Shown: positions 53,363 to 64,000 of the stretch, in pieces | Layout of the letters: each line of letters begins with the position of its first letter | Position numbering within the stretch: the stretch's first letter is position 1 | NCBI GenBank assembly: GCA_964016885.1 | Contig: OZ024741.1 | Span: 87,544,001-87,608,000, forward strand | Source: Eledone cirrhosa | Lineage: Eukaryota | Length of the DNA stretch: 64,000 nt | Reading direction: 5' to 3' | Position numbers and translations under genes: made by a program | The notes under the pieces: generated by a model | What the model saw: only the letters and a program-made list of their open reading frames with translations | Told to the model about the DNA's origin: nothing | Databases searched by the model: none

Positions 53363-54516
53363 GGCACACTACCATGCAGCGGACCACGATATAATACAGC
53401 ATACCTATGAATGCATGACGAAACAAGCTGATATCAACGACAGATCCAGCGATGCCTACCTCATAGCGTACCTTGGATAGCACCACCACACCAATTTGTG
53501 GACGCCGACTCAATATAAGTCTGATTTGGTCTACAACCCTATGTGTGGTTTAAAATTTTAAAAATGTTTAATTTCCAATTTTTGATTTTCAATCTTCGAT
53601 TCGTGGTGTTTAATTTGCTACTTAGATGCCGGACTTGATGCTGGTCTTAGGTTAATGTCGCAGTTAATTTTAACTTTGCCTGCCGTTGATATATACACGC
53701 CTACAACACAACCCGCTGACACATTCTAATCATGCATACATTCCACGTACATTTCATATATACTGTTATGAAACACATACCCTAAATATTCCACATATAC
53801 ATCCACTCCATGTACATCTCATATATACTATTATGAAATGGATGTTCTACACATCCACAATATATATAACTTGTTTGTGTACGCACACACGGTCCCCATG
53901 TGTCCACCAGCCATGTGACCTGCATCGTGTGCAGACTCTTACCCAGTCCCTTAGATCACCAGTCCCCATGTATATTATACAACCATATGCACCACAGCCC
54001 TCAAGTATTTTATGAAACTTTACGCACACTCCAATAATGTCCGGACCACTCTGCATCCTTCTCATGTATACATTCCTTTTTTCAGTATTTTATTTTATAC
54101 TATATTATTTTATATTATTTTATTTTACTTTATTTTATGTACGTACAGGCATTTTTTATATCTATGTGCCATCCACGTTATATGTGATTAGTGCAGGGAT
54201 ACTATGCGGCTATAGCATTTATGCATATTGTGCATGCACTTTCGGGCTTACAGACAGAGAAGGCGCCGAAAGGCCGCCAGCAGTTCAAGCATACAACCCC
54301 TTACCTACTACAGTAGTAATTCCGATCTAAGAAGCAACTTTGATTGATAGGTGGAGAATGACAAGAACCAAATAGTGGACAACCATGAGTGGCTAGAAAT
54401 ATCGATGATGTGTACAATTCTTGACCACTCATAGAATGACAACAACAGGATCTAAGCCGACAGGCGAAGGATATCGATGTAAAAGGACATTAGGAAAATC
54501 TGCTTCGTAGAATCAA

Positions 54517-54612
54517 GACGTATCTGAGGACCTTGCGATTTTCAGAGTCAGGTTTGATCATCACATCGATCGTGCCTCGAGCTGATCGCCAGAGAAACGA
54601 GTGTAATATGTC
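54517..54612 (+). ncRNA. Type-I hammerhead
   Basis: GACGTAT-CTGAGGA-cCTTGCGAT...ATCGCCAGa-GAAAC-GAGT-GTA-ATATGTC; 7-bp stem I. Confidence 0.75.
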
Positions 54613-54645
54613 CAATAAATTCCATTCGTCGCAACACTGATTCTC

Positions 54646-54687
<42 letters not shown>

Positions 54688-54719
54688 AAAAAAAAAGAGA
54701 ATATATATATATATATATA

Positions 54720-56634
<1,915 letters not shown>

Positions 56635-56774
56635 TGCGTGCATGTATGTATGTTATTCAGTTGAAGAGAATTGGTTGATCATAAATCTCGACTTTTTCTT
56701 AAACTTGAAGCACTCCACGGTTTGTATTTCTTAAGATTTTCTCCGTAAGGTATCGCCTAGAGTTTTGGTATAAA

Positions 56775-57102
56775 TAAGGGAGACGGTTTTATTCGAAAAT
56801 CTTCATTTTATTATCTAGTTCATTATACGTATTTCAAAGGTGCAAGATAGTTATATAATAACCGCCTTACACATTCTCTTCAGACGAATCGAGATGTATT
56901 TTTCCTTTGATATGCCACTGATATGAGTGCTGCACGGCGAGGTTAACGACACGCTGGACCAGTGGCATATCAATGGAAAAATACATCTCGATTCGTCTGA
57001 AGAAAAGTGTAAGGTAGTTATTATATACCTTACATCTTTGAAATACGTATAACGAACTAGATAATAAAATCAAGATATACTAATAAAACCGTCTTTCCTA
57101 TA
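56775..57102. repeat. Palindrome with back-to-back hammerheads
   Basis: Arms ~56775-56920 and 56960-57102; each arm carries one HHR. Confidence 0.85.
56992..57056 (+). ncRNA. Type-I hammerhead (mirror copy ~56819-56888 on -)
   Basis: TTCGT-CTGAAGA-AAAG-TGTAAGGTA..TACCTTACA-tCTTT-GAAA-TACGTA-TA-ACGAA. Confidence 0.8.
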
Positions 57103-57609
57103 TATATTAAATATGCTAGCAGAAAAACCACCCTTCGGGTGGTTTTCTGCTAGCATGTGTAGTGTGTATATTGATATTATACGCAAGTATATATATACAT
57201 GTAGATATGATACGTCAAATAAAATCGTAATTGACAATATACACAGAAATTGAATGAAGACCGTGTTACACTGTCTTATTTAATCAGTAATGTAATCCAT
57301 GATAGATTTAAAAAAAGACGATATTATATCTAAACTGCATTAGGAGAAAATTAGTGACGAAAATATATGAATACTTATTTAAGCGATCACCACGGGAAGG
57401 GTTGACATTTGAAAATTTTAAAGAAGTGAATCTTTAAATAAATAATAAAATGTATTTAATGAACAGCCACGAAATTTAGTAGATAAATTATGTAATATTC
57501 ATTCATTATTTATTCAAAGTAATTCAACTTATTTTACTAATGGGATAAACAATTATAAACCGTACGCAGTCCCGCGCTTCTTACTTTATTATAGTTTAGA
57601 TATATATGT

Positions 57610-57665
<56 letters not shown>

Positions 57666-57727
57666 CGCGGGTTCAATCGGGGGTAACCACAATAAATCAG
57701 GTACTCAATACATAGTAGAGTATATAA

Positions 57728-57859
57728 TGTTTAATATAGAAATGGCTTCTACAGGACAAGAACTGTTTCATTCGAATGAAATCATCAGGAAAGCTTTCCT
57801 GGTGATTTCCTTTGAATGAAACAGTTCTAGTCCTTTAGAAGCCATTTCTATATTAAACA
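57728..57859. repeat. 132-bp palindrome with divergent HHR-like cores
   Basis: Centre AAAGCTTT; CTGATGA..GAAAC on -, CTGGTGA..GAAAC on +. Confidence 0.75.
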
Positions 57860-57963
<104 letters not shown>

Positions 57964-58164
57964 GTGAATAGGGAGAAAACAACGATTATTAGGAAGAAAC
58001 ATTTTTTTTTTTCCTTTATTTTTTTCTCTTTTTTCTGGGTTAGAAAATGTTTAAAACAAAATATTTTACTTTGTGAGAAGTGTTAAGGTATTAGTTAATT
58101 TATTTATTAATTAACAATACCATTGATTTATTTATTTATTAATTTATTTATTTAAAAATTGTCA

Positions 58165-58199
58165 ATTACCGGTTTCAGCATTTTATGCATTATCAAATT
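58165..58199 (-). ncRNA. Minimal type-I hammerhead, U3:A8 variant
   Basis: AAT-TTGATAA-t-GCAT-aaa-ATGC-t-GAAA-CCGG-TA-ATT, downstream of a PLE endonuclease. Confidence 0.6.
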
Positions 58200-58684
58200 A
58201 TGTGAGTGGGAGAGAAAAAAAAAAGGGGGGGGGGGGGATTTGTATTGGTATAAAGTGTAGGAGAGAAGATAAGGTGATGTTGAACATGTTATTGAAATGG
58301 GAAAGAATAATATTATTTACAAACAAGGTTTTTGAAGTCAAAAAAAGGGGGTGATGTGGAACATGATAAGGTAAGGGGTAAGAAAGAATAATATTATTTA
58401 TAGGCATAGTTCTTGAGGATAAGCAGTCCAAAAAATGTTATTATGGCAGGAGCGCTTAGAGAAGTTGATCGATGATGAAGGCAAATGGTAGTCTGGGTTT
58501 GGATATGTTTTCCCTTTTTAGAGAGTTAATATGCAGGGGGAGGTAATTCAGGGTGGTCGGGTAAGAGAAAGAGAGGAGAGGTGTAATTCATTTATATAAG
58601 AAAAAGAATTAGGTAGGGTGTAAGGCAGGTAACTCTTTAGAGAACGTAGGAATTTTGGGCTATGGTTCATTGTTCGTTCCAGCT

Positions 58685-59358
58685 TTAGTTTAGTCCGAAG
58701 TTTAGTCCATTAAGTAGAAGTTGGAATTTGTTAATGAAGTACGTTTCCTTATTAGTACGATGGATGAAAGAAGCGTTGTCTATGAATTTGTAAATGGGGA
58801 AAATTTTAAATTTTGGTTGTTGGTTAGGTGCACAATTGGCGATATGTTCACTAAAAGCAATATTTCTGTATTCCTGTATTTTGATTTGTGATCTATGGAC
58901 GGTCATACGTTGTCGGAGGTTGTTTTTTGTATGTCCTATGTAGTGCTCTCGATAACCTGAGCAGGTCAAAACATAGATTAGGTTTTCAGATGCACATGTG
59001 AAGTTGTATTTAATTGTGAAATGTTGTCCTTGTTTAAAGTGGAATGTTGAACCTTCTATTAGATTTATAGTTGGGCCTTCCGCATTTTTTTTACTGTAGG
59101 GTTCATTGTGAGGGTTGGTTGGATTTCGGCTTGTGTGAGGATGTTTTTTATGGATTTAGGTTGTCTTTTGCTCTTTATGATGTTGTGTGTTTGGAGGATT
59201 TTGTTCATTCTTGGGTCTCTTTTTAGCAAAGGAATGTTCTGGGGGATGGTGTCGAATGCCTCATTGTTGAGGGGGTTGTGTGTGGAGATGTATGGTAGAG
59301 TTTTCTGTTTCGGTTCATTCCTGGGTTTGGGGTGTCTGAGTTCCTGGATGTTGAGTTT
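58685..59358 (-). pseudogene. Neptune-like PLE GIY-YIG fragment
   Basis: LPYISTHNP, SKRQPK, TCASENLIYVLTC..HYIGHT..LRQRMTVHR, KE.YFI.KF..LNG. Confidence 0.8.
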
Positions 59359-59764
59359 ATAATATATATATATACATGTATGTGTATGTATATGTATATA
59401 TATGCAAATAAAAATACATGCATACATACGTATATATATAAACGCGTGGGTGTATGTGTGCGTATGCTAATACTGTTTCGGTTGAAATCATGAAGGAATA
59501 TATATAGATACATGAATACATGTACTGTATGGGTATGTGTGCGAGTGTTTGTAAAAATGGAGAGAAACCTCCACACACAGTAATATTTAATGACACACAT
59601 CTCGTGTGAACATATATTCCAAATATTATTTGCAACCTAAATATTTCAGCGTGTAATTTTATCCAGTTGAAAATCTTTCGAAGAATTTTATAAGAAATAC
59701 TACTATTGTTAATTAGCAAGAGTTAATTATGGTGGTGGGAGTGGGGTTTACTGGTATTATGTAA

Positions 59765-59915
59765 TGGCTTAGTGACGAATTGACAGAGTCGTTAGAACCT
59801 CGGATTCCTTCCGACTCTCTGCATTCATGCATTCACTGAGTTCAAATCCAACCAAGGTCAATTTTGCCTTTCATCCTTTCGAGATCAATAAAAGAAAGTG
59901 CTTCTCCAGTACAGG
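59765..59915 (+). mobile_element. SINE copy (same family as 11668)
   Basis: GAGTTCAAATCC..GGTCAATTTTGCCTTTCATCCTTTCGAG. Confidence 0.65.
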
Positions 59916-59964
59916 TATCCATTCTTTCTCTATATCGCTTTCTCATCACCACCTCTCTCTCTCG

Positions 59965-60057
<93 letters not shown>

Positions 60058-61190
60058 ATCCTTTCTGGAAGAAATCGACTGTGTTCAAGCCTGGAGAGGG
60101 GCTGGGCACCACCAAGTTTAAAATATCAAAGGAACATCGTATGTTACTATGGCACCACTACGGCTCTACCAGGAGTTACGGGTCTATACATACACAGTAT
60201 GGCTTAGTCCATAAAACAAATACAAAACTCAATCTATCTTCTTGTGAGTACAAATGTGTTATCATTTTACAATTTAAAGTATGAATAATACATAAATTGA
60301 TCCAAACATCATATTTGTGTAGTCATTGCTACCCCAGTGGTACGAGCTCCAACAGTGTGTGAGAACGCCAAACACCAAGGGCAAGTACCCTCGTGGTCCT
60401 AGCGGACAAAATGGAAATAATTTTACCCTGGAGGATAGCGAAGGAGACACGTTAAAAGAGCCATTCTTGTGGGTGGCTAACTCCACTCCGATAGAGTACG
60501 TAGAATTTTCCACAGATACAGGTTCAATGACAGAGCCACCGGAAAACAGTCGAATCTTCTACAGTTTGCTATCTTCAGCTTGTTGGGTCTGTCCTCGAAT
60601 GCACCAGATTGCCACTGGATAAAGGGACGGTACATGTTGCATCTCAGAATGGGAAGATCGTGATGCCATCTAGCATTTTTCTTTACCCTAGGTTCAATCC
60701 TATCGGTTAGCTACGAAGGTTATCAAGCAGCATCCAAGCCATACTTAATAATCTCTCTGAGATCGGCATGGCATAGGAGGCTACCGGCAATATGACGGCA
60801 TGGCGGTGAGTGAAAGCCAAAAACCGTCCTAGGTGGATCCACAACGGCATTTGTATTGCTTGCAGATTCAGAGACCGAGCCTGAAGGAAACACCGATGCG
60901 CAAACATTCGCTGTTTCGCTGATTACCTTTTAGCCAGGCATCGCTATGGAGTTGGGAGAAAGATCAGAAACATGCCTGCCGGTGTTGGTCAAGCAGGCTC
61001 ATAAGGCTGTCTGAATCTTTGTCGCACTGGATTACATCCTATTTGCGCTGGAGTGAATGGACGTCCACAGAAAGGAGGAGGAGATTGTACGCCCGCAGAG
61101 TGGATGTCGAGCTGATGCCAAGTCGTATTGGCTGCCTCGAGTTTCCTGTTATTACACACACACACACACACAAAACACACACACACACAC

Positions 61191-61250
<60 letters not shown>

Positions 61251-61255
61251 CACAT

Positions 61256-61340
<85 letters not shown>

Positions 61341-61546
61341 GTTATGCAAGAAATGCTTAGGATTATCCTGAATGCAGTAATGGTTAATTACTACACTGGA
61401 TAGGGTTGACGTACGGTGAGGGGTTACTCATCGAGTTATGGAAGAATAGTTGAAGAAACTCAATTCCTGATCCTTCTGTATTCTGGAGTGTAGATAAAGA
61501 ATGAATAATAACAGGTAGACATCATAAAAAGGTAATTTATTCCGTG

Positions 61547-61658
61547 TGCTTACAAATGTTTCCACGGTGGTTATACAGCCTAGTTATGCTATGTGCAAAT
61601 TTATAACTATTTGCAAAACTCAATTATCAAATGCTGTTACCACTGTTTCCTCAGAGCA
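61547..61658 (-). ncRNA. Type-I hammerhead with long stem II
   Basis: TGCT-CTGAGGA-aacaGTGGT...ACCACcgtg-GAAAC-ATTT-GTA-AGCA, ~520 nt past the PLE stop codon. Confidence 0.7.
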
Positions 61659-62176
61659 GAATGGTTAAAATGTAAAATGTAAATACCCTTAAGTGAGGTT
61701 ATAAAGGAAGAGAGAAAGAAGGGGAGAGGGAGAGAGAGAGAGATATGCAGGGGTTGGAGAAATGCGAGAGAGTGGTTTGTAGAATACAGATATCTTAATC
61801 AAAATGTTGTGGTAGGGTTTTATTATACTGGTTACTCTCAAAGCGACAACCAAAGGTTGGAATTATTTATTGCCACAGAAGGAAGGTTCATAGATGTGGA
61901 GAGGGAGGGAGGTGTACCTAGGGCGAGAGAGAGAGAGAGAAAGAGAGAGGAATGGAGAGAGAGGAAGAAATAGAGATAGAGAGGGGACAGACGAAAGCTA
62001 TGGGATGGGTGTTCATCGAGTTCATAGTTGTAGGCTACAAAGTGCACTTAAGTATCCATTTATAATGATAAGCAGAATATTGTCTTGTAGTGTGGGGGTG
62101 GGGGATATAGTTAAGAAGTTGTTATTGAGAGAAAGTAGTTAGCGAGAAAGTAATGTTAAAGCTATGGGTTCGAATG

Positions 62177-63127
62177 TTAAGTTATTTTATAGTGAGAGAA
62201 TTTAGCCTTTAGTTTGTGGTTACAGTATAATGATCGTTCGATTCTGTCATTTAGTAATTTATTTTGGGATTTTAAGATGTAAAAGAGTTCAAGGTTACAT
62301 AACCTGCAGTACTTCAATCCACTCCGATATGCACTAACGCTGGAAAGTATATCCCATTTCAAGGTGAACTGTTGGTTGCGTTCACGGAGTTGCCAGGTCT
62401 TATTGACGAGCGTGGTCACAAAACGGTGATTAGGATGTTTAATTGAGAATCGATGACGATACCAGCGAGATTTAAAGGAGGTAGTGGTAGACCCGATGTA
62501 ATACCATTTCTGGTCGTTCGATTCGACAGTGCATTGATAAACAATGTTGGACTTTAGGCATTTATTCTTCAATGGACATCTTTCAGGTAGGTGACAGTTA
62601 CAGTTTTTATTGTGGGTAGCAGGTATACCGTGGATAGGTTGGGATAACAGTTCAGGTGGGTTGTGTAATACCCGTCTCCCATTTAGTGGTTGGGAGGCCG
62701 ATACTACGTTATGCTCATCTGTTATTAAAATATTTTGTTTTGTAGTGTTGTTTAATTGCTTTAAGTTAAGTTTTTTTATGTATGCTTCAAGGTTTGGTGC
62801 AGTGGAGTATGATAGCTTAATAGTCTTAGAGTTCAGAATTTTATTGTATTTATGGGAACTAGGGAAATGCTTGTTGATTAACTTAAAGAATGAAAGAGAT
62901 AGTTTTGTACTAATCGAAGCATTAAAAATGGAATTATACCAGATATACTTTCTACAACGTGATTTATTTGGTGATGATTTTCTATTATTAGTATGTCTGG
63001 TGGTACTGCGTGTGTGCGCTTGTATTTCTGTACCCCGGTTACGTATTCTTTGATTTCGTGTAGAGCTATGTGTGTTATGGAGATTCTTATCAATGTATTC
63101 TATTTTATCCACTAATATACACACCAT
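62177..63127 (-). pseudogene. Naiad-like PLE linker + GIY-YIG (5' truncated or degraded)
   Basis: IWYN, KHFP, TIKLSYSTAPN, CNC..CPL..C, IVYQC, YYIGST..FKSR, CRLC. Confidence 0.85.
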
Positions 63128-63957
63128 CCCCCCACATCACCACCTTCTCCCTCCACCTTTCACACATACACATCCTCTCCCCTGTCCACCGCACCTCCGC
63201 ACACACAGACACACAGTCCACAGACACACAGTCCACACCACATACAGACCCTTTCTTTACTTGTCATCCTACTCTACTACTATCTTTTCCCCCTGCCTTG
63301 ACCCTCTGACCACTTCCTGTTGTATGTGCACCCCACATCTCTCCACTTCTGCACTACCACACCAGGATTTCACACCATCGGTCATCGTTCCAGCTATCCA
63401 TTCTACGGCACGTGAAATGTCTAATCTTGTCTCACACTCCATGGAAATACCTTAGGAACATACACACGAACAAACACTTACATTATTTTCGTATCCCCAC
63501 ATACACACACTCAGCCTCCAGACTCCACGCGCCCCCCTCCCCTATCCCTCTCCATACACACGCACGCACACACCGACTTACATCCCACCCCATGTACACA
63601 CCGGTTTCTCTTTTACCTGAACATGGAACCTCGTTCTTCCCCCAACTCTCACATTCACATACACACACACATACGTACACTTACACCCATACACAAACAC
63701 CACCTTCAGCCCTCCCCCTCGGACCCCCCGCCTCCCTCTCCTCTCTGCAGCCCCCCTCCACCCACCACCACCCCTACACGCCTCACACCCTTTCACCTCT
63801 TGTTTATTTTTATTTTTATTTGTACTTTTAAAAATATTTCCTTTACTCTCTAAAAAAATTGTTTTCCCTCCCTTTTCTCCTCCCCCCTCCTTTTTAAATG
63901 TCTTTCCTCCACTCCCCCCACACACCCTCGGAACTCTCTTCCTACCCACTCACTGTT

Positions 63958-63991
63958 CTCCTGGTGAAGGGCTTATGCCCGAAACGTCGTC
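63958..63991 (+). ncRNA. Hammerhead-like motif (A6G core, no stem I)
   Basis: CTGGTGA-a-GGGC-ttat-GCCC-GAAAC-GTC at the window edge. Confidence 0.45.
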
Positions 63992-64000
63992 CCCCACCCC

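Larger units (their letters stand above)
50343..54650 (+). mobile_element. Essentially full-length degraded Naiad-like PLE with 5' hairpin and 3' HHR
   Basis: Hairpin 50343-50469; ORF remnants; HHR at 54517; (TA)n flanks. Confidence 0.85.

Noticed and set aside
53410-53456. SECIS-like ATGA...GA
   Set aside because: The apical stem does not pair convincingly by eye.
60060-61145. Possible host exon or LINE ORF2 C-terminus
   Set aside because: Only a faint resemblance to a non-LTR C-terminal region; no motif or splice support I can defend.

Overview
Gene-free, repeat-saturated eukaryotic (metazoan) DNA. The SINE families, microsatellite load and element mix suggest a cephalopod such as Octopus (inference). 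No host gene is supported. Bases 1 to ~23.8 kb are a nest of non-LTR elements sitting in (TAA)n: R4/Dong (RT plus restriction-like endonuclease) on +, and Tx1/L1-clade elements and tRNA-derived SINEs mostly on -. From ~24 to 64 kb, Penelope-like elements (PLEs; Naiad-like and Neptune-like RT/GIY-YIG) and ORF-less derivatives sit in (TA)n/(CA)n. By eye this second domain holds about 13 type-I hammerhead ribozyme (HHR) folds with intact or nearly intact cores, plus several degenerate ones. Several use a compensated U3:A8 core (UUGANAA), and many have very long stem II inserts. HHRs also occur in ORF-less units of 530, 620 and 2731 nt with terminal redundancy and/or 5' inversions, which look retrozyme-like. 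All folds and coordinates were read manually, not computed.
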